Shown: in pieces, positions 53,176-62,519 of the stretch
How the letters are laid out: every line of letters starts with the position of its first letter
Numbering within the stretch: position 1 is the first letter of the stretch
Virus record (IMG/VR): IMGVR_UViG_3300038312_000168
Location: 1 to 64,000 of that record
Direction: 5' to 3' (one strand)
Origin: a virus
DNA length: 64,000 nt
Made by a program: the position numbers and the translations under genes
Notes under the pieces: generated by a model
Seen by the model: the letters and a program-made list of their open reading frames with translations, nothing else
Databases searched by the model: none
What the model was told of the DNA's origin: nothing

Positions 53176-53682
53176 TTAAAAGAAGTAATCAAGTGAATTG
53201 CATTGATGTGACTTCTTCGATTGTTCAATGCGCGTTTTATCGGGCATTACGAGTGCAACCTTCTGTTTCTTAAACATCTTTTCATCCGCTTGCATTTCTG
53301 CAAGGAATGTTTTCATGTTATCTTTGTCACTGATATACATCTTAATAAGAGGTGAATACTCATCAAACTCTCTTTTACTCATATCAAGCGCACTTGATGT
53401 TTTCTCGTAATAATTATCGAGCAGTGTATCCAACTTGTCTTTCTTCACCTTATCCTTACGAATCCAGATAGGCATACAATACATCTGTTGTGCGTGTAGG
53501 AGAAGTAATCCACGAAAGATTGATGGGTTGATCTTGAATAAATATTGATTAAGTTTATCCGCTTCCTCCAGATACATTACATCCTGTGAAAAGATACGGA
53601 GAAGCATATATTCCTTTCCTACAAGATGTGAAGGGTAGATTTGCTCCTTACTGATGATACGCTTCATTAAATTGAACGGCAT
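53176..53682 (-). CDS. hypothetical protein with C-terminal PIP-like tail (168 aa)
   Basis: ORF track; extreme C-terminus ...QCNSLDYFF; overlaps upstream MTase gene by 16 nt. Confidence 0.55.
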   Translation of the reverse strand: MPFNLMKRIISKEQIYPSHLVGKEYMLLRIFSQDVMYLEEADKLNQYLFKINPSIFRGLLLLHAQQMYCMPIWIRKDKVKKDKLDTLLDNYYEKTSSALDMSKREFDEYSPLIKMYISDKDNMKTFLAEMQADEKMFKKQKVALVMPDKTRIEQSKKSHQCNSLDYFF

Positions 53683-54155
53683 TTAATACACTCCTTACTC
53701 GTTAATCCATTACGTATACGTTCACCAAACACTACAATGCAGGATGGAAATGGTGCTGCCATAGGTTTACGATGAGTAGGATTAGTAAATTTAACTCTAC
53801 CACTGATAAATCTAATCTCATCGGCAAGCATGATATATTTATGCCAATAAGAAGTATCAGTCCGGGCAGGAATGAGACAAACAACAGTAGCACCACATAA
53901 TGCCTCATTGTATGCCTTCTCTACCCATCGTGGTATTTCCTTACCGTAAGGAGGATTCATAAAGACTATATCTTTACTCCAATCTTTGTATAATCCATTT
54001 TCCTCAATAGAGTAATACTTGTAACACTTTGCATTTTGTGATGTTGCACACGGATCAAGCGTAAAATTAAATTCGTCGTTCAATGCATCGAATAAATCAC
54101 GCGGGGTTTCCCATTCCATATCCTTTGAGGAATAATGCACATCCATCTTACTCAT
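53667..54155 (-). CDS. phage Dam-type DNA N6-adenine methyltransferase (162 aa)
   Basis: EWETPRDLFDALNDEFNFTLDPCA, VFMNPPYG (NPPY), LIPARTDTSYWH, GRVKF: the small phage Dam family pattern. Confidence 0.85.
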   Translation of the reverse strand: MSKMDVHYSSKDMEWETPRDLFDALNDEFNFTLDPCATSQNAKCYKYYSIEENGLYKDWSKDIVFMNPPYGKEIPRWVEKAYNEALCGATVVCLIPARTDTSYWHKYIMLADEIRFISGRVKFTNPTHRKPMAAPFPSCIVVFGERIRNGLTSKECIKCRSI

Positions 54156-54438
54156 AGTCTACACCGCACGTTTTAGTGACAAATTCAAGGTTCTCTACCG
54201 TTTCAACAATCTCTGTATGATGCTTTAAATCGTAACCATAATTTTCAAGAAAACCTGATGCAGAACGGATAATACGTTGTTCACGTTCTGTTTCATTGTA
54301 ATCAAAGACTGCAATGAGTTTACCATTCTCATCTTTGTAGACACCATTGAAATTGTCAATGAGGAGTAAGCGTAAGGTAGAGAAACATGCATCGAGAGGG
54401 AACTTGTGAAAGTCAGAATAATTAAAAAGAAGTTTCAT
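54148..54438 (-). CDS. hypothetical protein (96 aa)
   Basis: ATG 54438 after GGTGAT (track start is GTG). Confidence 0.5.
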   Translation of the reverse strand: MKLLFNYSDFHKFPLDACFSTLRLLLIDNFNGVYKDENGKLIAVFDYNETEREQRIIRSASGFLENYGYDLKHHTEIVETVENLEFVTKTCGVDYE

Positions 54439-54443
54439 GAGTA

Positions 54444-55391
54444 TCACCAGAATGTATCCTTACCATAATCTACTTTGATATAATCAAGTATTTCGCCAAG
54501 ACCAAGTTGATTAATACAGAATTTCCATTGTGACGGATGAGTTCTCTTCATACGCTGGAATCTGTTTTCACCCTTAGTCATATGAACCCCAAACATACAG
54601 AACATACAACCCGTTCTCTGTTCTCCTGTGCAGATTAATTCACCATTCTTTTCAATAATATCACCATAAATCTTACTATATGGAATATTATTATCTTTCA
54701 GATAATGTAACACATCTTGTTCTAACCAGAATCCCATTGGTGTTGATTTTGGTGATTTAAGATCATATCCATTACAACCCTGTCTTAAATATGTCTGCAT
54801 CCTCATTCTACTTTCAGCAGCAATTTCACCTGTAAGTGGCACTCGTCCTGTTTCTTTAACATATTTCTTCATTGGCCCCTTCTTCATAACATCACAACAT
54901 TTATCAGATATTTTAAATGGTGCTTCAACTAGGTATCTCCATTTCTTAGAAAGAACCATTGAAGGACAATATTCACCCTTTTGATTCATACCTGTTAAAC
55001 GTAAGTTTCTTGATGCTACATTTTTTTCAGTTGGATTCTGTAAATCATTAATATAACGTGAAATACGCTTACTAATTACTGGATACCCATAAGTTTCAAT
55101 AACTTTCTTAAAATTCATTTCGGGCTTGAGCCATACAACATTATCAATAGACTTAACAAAATCTCTGATCTCTGGATATTCTAATCCAGTATCAACAAAT
55201 ACAGCAGGCACATTAGGATATTGACTTCTTACAATGTCTAAAAGAACGGTGGAATCTTTACCACCACTGAATGCAACATAAACATCACCATAATAGTGAT
55301 TATACCATTCCCTAATTCTTATTTCTGTTTTTCTAATTTTAAGTTCTAAGGGTAATGATTGCATCTGTTGTAATTCATACATCTCTAGCAT
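54444..55391 (-). CDS. PAPS-reductase-family PP-loop protein with C-terminal Cys cluster (315 aa)
   Basis: VAFSGGKDSTVLLDIV (PP-loop SGGxDS), VFVDTGLEYPEIRDF, C-terminal CTGEQRTGCMFCMFG. Confidence 0.8.
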   Translation of the reverse strand: MLEMYELQQMQSLPLELKIRKTEIRIREWYNHYYGDVYVAFSGGKDSTVLLDIVRSQYPNVPAVFVDTGLEYPEIRDFVKSIDNVVWLKPEMNFKKVIETYGYPVISKRISRYINDLQNPTEKNVASRNLRLTGMNQKGEYCPSMVLSKKWRYLVEAPFKISDKCCDVMKKGPMKKYVKETGRVPLTGEIAAESRMRMQTYLRQGCNGYDLKSPKSTPMGFWLEQDVLHYLKDNNIPYSKIYGDIIEKNGELICTGEQRTGCMFCMFGVHMTKGENRFQRMKRTHPSQWKFCINQLGLGEILDYIKVDYGKDTFW

Positions 55392-55945
55392 TATAACACC
55401 TTAGTCAAATGATACCGTGAAAGTGTTGCACCTGTCTGATGCTTGTATTTGGAAGTAGATTTCTCATTATATCCTACCCTACACGTTTCACCCTCAAAAA
55501 ATACTAACTGTGCAATCGGCATACCATTGTAAAGACGAATAGGACGATTATTTACATTGAAGAGTTCAAACGTAAGAGTTCCACCGAAACCTGCATCAAT
55601 CCAACCTCCAGTCTGATGAATGGTAAGACCCAGGCGAGCAAGAGATGATTTCCCTTCACATGCTGCTGCAATGTTTTTAGGTAAGGTAATAGTCTCTTGT
55701 GAAACAGCAAGCACAAACATTCCAGGTTGAATTGTAAAGGTATCTGCTTCAACTACTTCATGTCCGTAGAGAATTGTGTTGCGGTCATACGGATCAATCA
55801 TCTGCCCGTTGTTAATGTAATATTTAAACTGATTTGAGAGGTGTAAGTCATATGAATTGGGGTTTATACTCTCTTCATTGAAAGGGGTAATAATCAGGTT
55901 TCCATAGTCAATACACTGTTTAATCTGATAGTCTACCAGAATCAT
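55391..55945 (-). CDS. dcd: dCTP deaminase/dUTPase-fold enzyme (184 aa)
   Basis: INPNSYDLHL, EGKSSLARLGL, HQTGGWIDAGFGGTLTFELFN, PIAQLVF: Dcd family pattern. Confidence 0.88.
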   Translation of the reverse strand: MILVDYQIKQCIDYGNLIITPFNEESINPNSYDLHLSNQFKYYINNGQMIDPYDRNTILYGHEVVEADTFTIQPGMFVLAVSQETITLPKNIAAACEGKSSLARLGLTIHQTGGWIDAGFGGTLTFELFNVNNRPIRLYNGMPIAQLVFFEGETCRVGYNEKSTSKYKHQTGATLSRYHLTKVL

Positions 55946-56184
55946 TCTTTATCACTCTTATCGATGTTGTATTTGTTGAACTGACTGTAAGAATACAAAG
56001 GACACTGTAACTGCTCACACTCTACTCTACCATCTTCACAATATCCCTGACAATCGTAGCAATAAGCACTTATCGCTTCCTTGCGTGTGATATGTTTACC
56101 TTCAAGAAAATTAATAAGATTGGTTTTACCACTATAACTCTTACCATGTTTCTTGATGAGTTTAATGGTTGATTTGTTATCCAT
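55942..56184 (-). CDS. hypothetical Cys-rich protein (80 aa)
   Basis: CYDCQGYCEDGRVECEQLQC cluster; overlaps both neighbours. Confidence 0.5.
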   Translation of the reverse strand: MDNKSTIKLIKKHGKSYSGKTNLINFLEGKHITRKEAISAYCYDCQGYCEDGRVECEQLQCPLYSYSQFNKYNIDKSDKE

Positions 56185-57110
56185 TACGCACCTCTCTTAC
56201 CAAGAATACGCATGAGTTTGAAGGCCATGTTTGCAAAGGTAATCTCAGCATTAGCACCGTATACCATTCTGTAATCTGATTCTGCAATGATCTCAATGGC
56301 AGTAATCTTATCAGAGGCAGACAGTGTAGTATCATTCCACACTTTCAGGTAGATTTGGAATGTAATGCTCCGGTAATCAACCGTGTTACTATTCCACAGT
56401 TTACGTGCTTCGGTGATTTTCCTACCCTTAATTAACGTGTAAAGTTCATCTGCAACATTGATATTCTTCTTAGTGTCTAATTCACCAAGATTCTTGTAAA
56501 TATCAAGTGCCTTTACCATTGAACGAATATCAGGGTAATTAACATCGATGATCTCATTTAGACTTATATCGTCAATGGTAATGTTCTCTTCGGTGCAGAT
56601 GTGTCTTAATCGTGTAAGAATCTCATTACGTGCAGGTTTACCAAAAGATACAACCTTACACCTGGAACGGAGTGGTTCAATAATCTTACTAATTACATTA
56701 CACGTAAGGATGAATCGACAGCGAGAAGAATACTCCTCCATAATGTTACGAAGAATATTCTGTGCATCAGGTGTAAGTCCATCTGCTTCATCTAAATGCA
56801 CAATCTTAGGCACATCAGACTTGAATGATACAGTAGATGCAAATGCTTTTACCTTTTCACGCACCGTATCAATACCACGCTCATCAGACGCATTAAGATA
56901 AAGTCTATCAGCATCAAGTTCATTGATGATAATTTTAGCAAGTGTGGTCTTACCTGTTCCTGCACTTGACTCGAAAATCAGATTGGGAAGGGAAAAAGGA
57001 TTCTCCCTTACAACTTTGCGTAGTCCAGTAATTACAGTGGTATCATTACCAATGTAATCCTCAAACGTTTGTGGGCGATATTTCTCCACAAAAAGTTTGT
57101 TGGTAATCAT
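56184..57110 (-). CDS. rfc: replication factor C (clamp loader) small-subunit homolog (308 aa)
   Basis: FVEKYRPQTFEDYIGN, SAGTGKTT (Walker A), HLDEADGL (Walker B), EPLRSRC (SRC motif). Confidence 0.92.
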   Translation of the reverse strand: MITNKLFVEKYRPQTFEDYIGNDTTVITGLRKVVRENPFSLPNLIFESSAGTGKTTLAKIIINELDADRLYLNASDERGIDTVREKVKAFASTVSFKSDVPKIVHLDEADGLTPDAQNILRNIMEEYSSRCRFILTCNVISKIIEPLRSRCKVVSFGKPARNEILTRLRHICTEENITIDDISLNEIIDVNYPDIRSMVKALDIYKNLGELDTKKNINVADELYTLIKGRKITEARKLWNSNTVDYRSITFQIYLKVWNDTTLSASDKITAIEIIAESDYRMVYGANAEITFANMAFKLMRILGKRGA

Positions 57111-57115
57111 TTACA

Positions 57116-57898
57116 TCACCACGTAACTTTGTGAGGAATAAGTAAACCAGAGACATCAATTTCCGTGTTCTTACCCGTAATGTAATCAAACGTAACAGGG
57201 TAGAGAACATCATTACCATACTGATCCTTTGTCTGTTCAGTGACAAATCCCATCGTAATATCTAACTGTGCCTCTGCAAACGAATCTTCAAGGGCATTGA
57301 TATCAAATTCAACAGTAAACTCCTCACCATACTTGTTATCAATATCCGCATGAACTTCGAGTTTAGAACGCTTATCAGTGCTTAGATTGATATATTCTCC
57401 CTCTACAGGAATAGTAAATCGCACAATGGTTTCATTAAGATTCTTTGCAACCTTGATAAACTTCTGGATATCGTCTGCATCAAACGCAATAACAATCTCA
57501 CGCGGAGGAATAGATGATTTAATGTTCTCGATACTCTTACCCGGAATACTCCGTGAAGCATACTCGTAATCAATCTGTGGAACATTAACCGTCAGTTTAT
57601 CGTCAGATAGAACAATCAAATCGTCAGTTGTAACAACACCAACATACTCTTCATCGAAGTTTGCAAGATACCGCTTCCTGAAGTCAAGTTCATTGATGCA
57701 CATCTCAACAGACTCGTCAACATCATATTCAACCTGCTTACCATTTGCAATAAAGGCAGTAATCATTACTCGCTTCTCAGTGTTGGTTACACTCGCAATG
57801 ATATTTTCATTGGGCTTACGTGTAATAACCATATCACCATTCATCGCAATTCCAAGCACATTAATAAAATTCTTCAGGGTATTAACAGAAACATGCAT
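57116..57898 (-). CDS. PCNA-like sliding clamp (260 aa)
   Basis: Size, acidic beta-rich two-domain-like composition and position next to RFC; no strict motif; ATG 57898 after GGAGTG. Confidence 0.55.
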   Translation of the reverse strand: MHVSVNTLKNFINVLGIAMNGDMVITRKPNENIIASVTNTEKRVMITAFIANGKQVEYDVDESVEMCINELDFRKRYLANFDEEYVGVVTTDDLIVLSDDKLTVNVPQIDYEYASRSIPGKSIENIKSSIPPREIVIAFDADDIQKFIKVAKNLNETIVRFTIPVEGEYINLSTDKRSKLEVHADIDNKYGEEFTVEFDINALEDSFAEAQLDITMGFVTEQTKDQYGNDVLYPVTFDYITGKNTEIDVSGLLIPHKVTW

Positions 57899-57903
57899 TA
57901 TAA

Positions 57904-58728
57904 TCACTCCTTACCATTAATCAGATTATACAGTGTCGTTCCAGTAACATCATACTTACCAGGAGGATACTTTTTCTCTTTCTTACTCGATTCGATGATT
58001 GCAAAGTAATGAGCATTGTCTTTATTCATTTCCCGCACAGCATGAATAACAATCTGTGATTCAACTGCAACCTTACTAACCCACTTTGGCACTTTCTCTG
58101 ACTCTACAACCTGCCCCATTCTTACAATCGTGGTGTCAGTCTTGGGATACATAATGAAGATTATACCAACTTTAGCAACCTCAACACACTTGTCAAATAG
58201 ATTATCAACATGCATGTTACGAATCTTCCAAAGGTTCTGATTTGCTGTTCCCTGATACTTATCTATTTTAAGTTCAAAGCGTCCTGCATTTTCACCAATT
58301 TCAGTATATCGTTCAATTCCATCTACAATAATCCAATCAGTGTTATCCTTCTTTTTAATAACATCGAGCAGAAACATATTCCAATCGCACACATTCTTTG
58401 ATGTGCGTAACATATCTTCTGCTGTAGAACGGTCATATGGACGTAGAGAATCAAGTGCTTCAATAGTAAGTTCACGATCCTTAATGTAATCAAGATCCAA
58501 TGGTAAAACACTATTTGCATCGAATGACAAAACCTTTACATTAGAACCGGGAGTAATCATACCATATGCAGTAGTTGTCTTACCTTCACCTTTGTTTCCA
58601 TAAATTACAATAATATCTTTACTCTGTGGGGAGAGAATTGCATCATCATAGGAAAATGATGCAGTAGGATCTTCCTTCTGCTGTATCTCTTCTACTGCTT
58701 TATCTAAAGACCTTTTACCAAGTGCCAT
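57904..58728 (-). CDS. RecA-superfamily P-loop ATPase (Sak4/AAA_24-like, ~274 aa)
   Basis: IIVIYGNKGEGKTTTA (Walker A), WIIVDGIE (Walker B-like); two adjacent ATGs (58734, 58728). Confidence 0.5.
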   Translation of the reverse strand: MALGKRSLDKAVEEIQQKEDPTASFSYDDAILSPQSKDIIVIYGNKGEGKTTTAYGMITPGSNVKVLSFDANSVLPLDLDYIKDRELTIEALDSLRPYDRSTAEDMLRTSKNVCDWNMFLLDVIKKKDNTDWIIVDGIERYTEIGENAGRFELKIDKYQGTANQNLWKIRNMHVDNLFDKCVEVAKVGIIFIMYPKTDTTIVRMGQVVESEKVPKWVSKVAVESQIVIHAVREMNKDNAHYFAIIESSKKEKKYPPGKYDVTGTTLYNLINGKE

Positions 58729-58739
58729 AATCATTCCTC

Positions 58740-58949
58740 TTACTTACGAGCAAACACGGAAGGTAGGGATGCAACGAAAATACCAAGAACAATACCACAA
58801 ACAGTCTGCATGAAACCAGTAATACCAATCATACCCAACAAAACATATGCAATGTAGCAAAATGCAGCATACCAAATGATAAGAAGTGCAATACACATTA
58901 TGATTACTACAATAGCGCCAATAGTCTTTAACGCTGTAATATAATCCAT
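58740..58949 (-). CDS. small membrane protein (69 aa, two TM)
   Basis: Two long hydrophobic segments. Confidence 0.5.
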   Translation of the reverse strand: MDYITALKTIGAIVVIIMCIALLIIWYAAFCYIAYVLLGMIGITGFMQTVCGIVLGIFVASLPSVFARK

Positions 58950-58967
58950 AATAATTACCTAAAAATA

Positions 58968-60107
58968 TTAGAGGAAATCATCATCCTCAACAAGTTCATC
59001 AACAGTCTCTACATCCTCTGCAATCTCATACGAATCTTCAGGGCGAGAGAATTTAGGATCGGTGACGAAACCAAACAGACTACCGGATGCCTCACCCTTC
59101 TTATTGAAGTAAGGCTTGAAACATGCAATTCCTACTGCCTGCTCACAAAGACCTGCAACTGTATTCAATTCACAAGAAAGTGTAACATTACCCTCAAATC
59201 CATCATCAAGAGGCGTCACTTCAACATATGCGTAAGTATCAAAAATACTAATCTTGGAAATGATTACCTCTGCAAGTAAGAACATCTGCTCCTTATACTC
59301 TCCATTTACTACCTGATTCGCAACGTCATATACATCCTCAAAAGCAGCACAGTTATCTCCAAGTGAATCCTCTACGAGCGTAACAAATTCATCGTAATCA
59401 AACTCATCATCGAGTTCAACAAGTTTAGATGTGTTAATTCCAGTAGAGATGTTTACGATATCTTTATTCTCATCCTTGCACGTTCCCTTGAACATATAAA
59501 CCTTACCAAATTCAGGAACAAAGTTTACAGGGTCTTTTATAAACACATTTCCCGGTTTAACTTCACCAGAATTGGGCATTTCAAAGAATCCAAATGCTCT
59601 ATTCTCCATTTGAACCTTCGGAACCTTCTTTCCAATTAAGAAAGACTGAAATGTAGTAGTATTCTTCTTAGTGTAAAGCAGATTACCATCTACATCAATC
59701 AGACCATCGGTGATAGCGTTTTCCTTCCACTCATCACCAAACATCTTCTGATGTATTACAACCTGCTCTTCTGCTTCCTTGTAAGCCTTCTCTGTGACAT
59801 TACGTGGTCGAGTATAACCAAAGAAGAAACCCTTAATCGGTGTCATGTTAGAACGCAATGCGGCATTATAAGAACCAACAATCGATTTAATGGTAACAAT
59901 ACTTGCCTTAGACGCGGTAATACCATCCCGCTTCATGTATTCAGCAAAGCGTTTCTTATACTCTGCCATAATAACATCGGGACGCTCTCCGGCCTTTTCT
60001 GCAATCTCATTGATTCTTGCTACAATGCTCTCATCCACATCGGTGGACTTGTCTTTCTTACTTTTCAATGCCAATCTAAGCACCAATATGTTATTGGTGA
60101 GTTCCAC
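58968..60107 (-). CDS. candidate ssDNA-binding protein with acidic C-terminal tail (379 aa)
   Basis: Sits between recombinase-like ATPase and helicase; C-terminus EDVETVDELVEDDDFL resembles the acidic tails of SSB and T7 gp2.5; no OB-fold motif verified. Confidence 0.35.
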   Translation of the reverse strand: MELTNNILVLRLALKSKKDKSTDVDESIVARINEIAEKAGERPDVIMAEYKKRFAEYMKRDGITASKASIVTIKSIVGSYNAALRSNMTPIKGFFFGYTRPRNVTEKAYKEAEEQVVIHQKMFGDEWKENAITDGLIDVDGNLLYTKKNTTTFQSFLIGKKVPKVQMENRAFGFFEMPNSGEVKPGNVFIKDPVNFVPEFGKVYMFKGTCKDENKDIVNISTGINTSKLVELDDEFDYDEFVTLVEDSLGDNCAAFEDVYDVANQVVNGEYKEQMFLLAEVIISKISIFDTYAYVEVTPLDDGFEGNVTLSCELNTVAGLCEQAVGIACFKPYFNKKGEASGSLFGFVTDPKFSRPEDSYEIAEDVETVDELVEDDDFL

Positions 60108-60124
60108 TATAAAAAAGATTTGAT

Positions 60125-61627
60125 TTAAGATAGCATGTATACGGTGGTATCTTCTTCCTTATTCTTTAATACACGCATCTTTCCACTTTCTATGAGTAAT
60201 GCAATGAGTTTTTCAGAAGAACTCTCACCGGCACCAAAATTCTTGAAGAACACTTTTTGCCATTCTTCTTTTGTGTAGCGCATACCAATATATTCCCGAC
60301 GTAAGCGCATAACAAGCCTGTTTAACTTTTCGTTGCGTCCTGTGTTGTTAGAAATGATATAGAACGCTACAGAACGCATGGCAGGGAACAATAAACGTGC
60401 GGCATTGTGTGCATCCTCTCTATCAATATAATTACGATAGTTCATCATAGCGAAGAGTGCAGCCACTTTAATGAAATTAATTGATACACGCGACACCATC
60501 GATTCCCACGCTTCAATTTGTTCAGGATTCAACCCCGGAACAATATTGCGTAATTCTGTAATGTATTCGTTGATAATCTCATCTACACCCGCGCGCATAT
60601 AGATAGTTTCTGTATCCTTATGCATATTTTGTAAGTTTTCTACTTCTTCCTTCAGTTTCTTACGCAGTTTATCTTGTAACCTCTTTTTGTCCTTGCGCTT
60701 CTTTTCTGCCTCAGAAATATCATCTACAAAGGAAGGAATAGCACTTACAATATACTCTGAAGTCTTTGTGCGCTTGATAGGATCTTCCGGCTGCACATAA
60801 ACAATCATGCGCGGGAATAAACCTTTCTTGAACAAGTGGGTATACGTATCCAAATGATAACTTGTAATCACGATAGAACAAGCAGGATTCGAGTGAATGC
60901 GGTTATCTGTAGAAGTAATCATATTACCCTTAGAACCAATGCGATTCATGGTTTTATCAAGTATAGCCTGAATGCGAATCTTCTTATGGTCAAGGACCGC
61001 TTCACCCTCATCAAATACCACATAATCAAAAGATGCTAAAATCCCAGGTTCAATCGGATCAACCCAACCTCTATCTTTCTTACTAAATGCATTGATACGC
61101 ATATTATTGGAAACAATCTTCTTATTGATTTCTCCAATCAATTTATTAATTTTAAATTCACCCACGGAATAATATGATTTATCCGCTATATCAGCAAATT
61201 CAGCAAGTATATCATTAAATTCACTCTTTGCCATACCCGAAGGCATTATAACACACGCATGAAGGCGCAAATCATCTTTTACGCCACGTTCAACACGCAC
61301 ATGATTAAAGAGTTGTGATAGTGCTACAAACCCATAGATGTCACATGCATCTGCATTGAGCACAACGCGCGTATTCCAATATTCACGCCACAAATCAAGG
61401 AAGTTATATCCCTCACGATTACTTGATAAATCTTTGACTAAAATATCACTCTTACGCTGTAAATATTTCATCTGATATATGCGCTGTTCACGCGTATATT
61501 CTTCAAATCCAAAGATTTCAAAATATTCTTCACCATAAACATCAAGGCACAGTTCATTGATTCGTTGCACCAATTCTTCATCATTAAGGTATCCAACCTC
61601 ATCTTCTAACGGTATTTCATAATCCAT
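60125..61627 (-). CDS. mcm: MCM-family AAA+ helicase, short form (500 aa)
   Basis: MPSGMAKSE (MCM Walker A G.AKS), YVVFDEGE (Walker B), ACSIVITS (sensor 1), LFPRMIVY (Arg-finger SRFD-like), VSRVSINFIKVAALFAM (sensor-2 helix). Confidence 0.65.
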   Translation of the reverse strand: MDYEIPLEDEVGYLNDEELVQRINELCLDVYGEEYFEIFGFEEYTREQRIYQMKYLQRKSDILVKDLSSNREGYNFLDLWREYWNTRVVLNADACDIYGFVALSQLFNHVRVERGVKDDLRLHACVIMPSGMAKSEFNDILAEFADIADKSYYSVGEFKINKLIGEINKKIVSNNMRINAFSKKDRGWVDPIEPGILASFDYVVFDEGEAVLDHKKIRIQAILDKTMNRIGSKGNMITSTDNRIHSNPACSIVITSYHLDTYTHLFKKGLFPRMIVYVQPEDPIKRTKTSEYIVSAIPSFVDDISEAEKKRKDKKRLQDKLRKKLKEEVENLQNMHKDTETIYMRAGVDEIINEYITELRNIVPGLNPEQIEAWESMVSRVSINFIKVAALFAMMNYRNYIDREDAHNAARLLFPAMRSVAFYIISNNTGRNEKLNRLVMRLRREYIGMRYTKEEWQKVFFKNFGAGESSSEKLIALLIESGKMRVLKNKEEDTTVYMLS

Positions 61628-61628
61628 T

Positions 61629-62519
61629 TTAAATTCCTCTTACATAAGAATAATCTTCAAATAATAATTCATCGGGCAAAACCCACTGTTGCCTAAATGT
61701 ATTCATTCTCTGTAATTCCTGATTAATAACAGTGGGTGTGATTGCGCTACTAGTGTAAGAACGCATGTTTCCATCATAAAGGGTAGAGAAATTACGATTA
61801 TCATACATCATGCCTGTATTCCTTACTGTGTTCCCCTGAAGTGCGATTAATCGTGTCCTGCACCTATAATGAAGTGGTGGACGATAGTATTGTGCTACAC
61901 TTGCAGGAAAAATAGAACCGTGTAACATGCGGCATATATCTGATGTTCTATGATCAATTACTGCCTGGAACTGAAAATAATTTGTCCCATTATCAATATA
62001 TGTCTGCGTTGTTGCATAATTGTAAATATCATTTACAAGCGTCCTTGCAACAATTCCTGTGCGATGTGCAAATGAATCATTGTAAACATTGAGTAATCGC
62101 TGTTGAACCTGATGCACAGTCATTTTTGCAATTTCATCTATCGTGTAAGTGGCATAGAAACGATTAGAAACATCGCGCATGATATTCTTTCCACTTGACC
62201 AAAAGAGCACAGCAATAAGATATTCTATCAATGCGATATCACGATACTCATCAACTACATCTTCTGCTGCATACACTTGATAATCGCTCTTTTCTACCTC
62301 TGTTATACCAAGTGTAAGGACATCATAAATATTATTGGAAACTTTAACACGCGAAACAGGACGGTTCAACTCTGTAATCAATGCACGTTCAAGTGCATCA
62401 TTGATTTGATACTTGTTTGGAATACTTGTAATAGAACGGGTAAAAAAGGTATTCAGGGTTCTACTCATACGAGTTTCTTGCTGAATTACTTTTCTTTCGT
62501 TGTAATAACTTAAAACCAT
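61629..62519 (-). CDS. minor head morphogenesis protein, Mu F/SPP1 gp7 family (296 aa)
   Basis: FQAVIDHRTSDICRMLHGSIFP....YRPPLHYRCRTRL matches the family signature (D.rT...C..l.G......pP.H..CRC). Confidence 0.8.
   Translation of the reverse strand: MVLSYYNERKVIQQETRMSRTLNTFFTRSITSIPNKYQINDALERALITELNRPVSRVKVSNNIYDVLTLGITEVEKSDYQVYAAEDVVDEYRDIALIEYLIAVLFWSSGKNIMRDVSNRFYATYTIDEIAKMTVHQVQQRLLNVYNDSFAHRTGIVARTLVNDIYNYATTQTYIDNGTNYFQFQAVIDHRTSDICRMLHGSIFPASVAQYYRPPLHYRCRTRLIALQGNTVRNTGMMYDNRNFSTLYDGNMRSYTSSAITPTVINQELQRMNTFRQQWVLPDELLFEDYSYVRGI

Noticed and set aside
56548-56901. 117-aa + strand ORF antisense to the RFC gene (and similar ORFs antisense to PCNA-like, MCM-like, PolB and primase genes)
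   Set aside because: The sense strand carries complete family motifs, and the antisense products are Ser/Arg/Ile-rich with no start signals.
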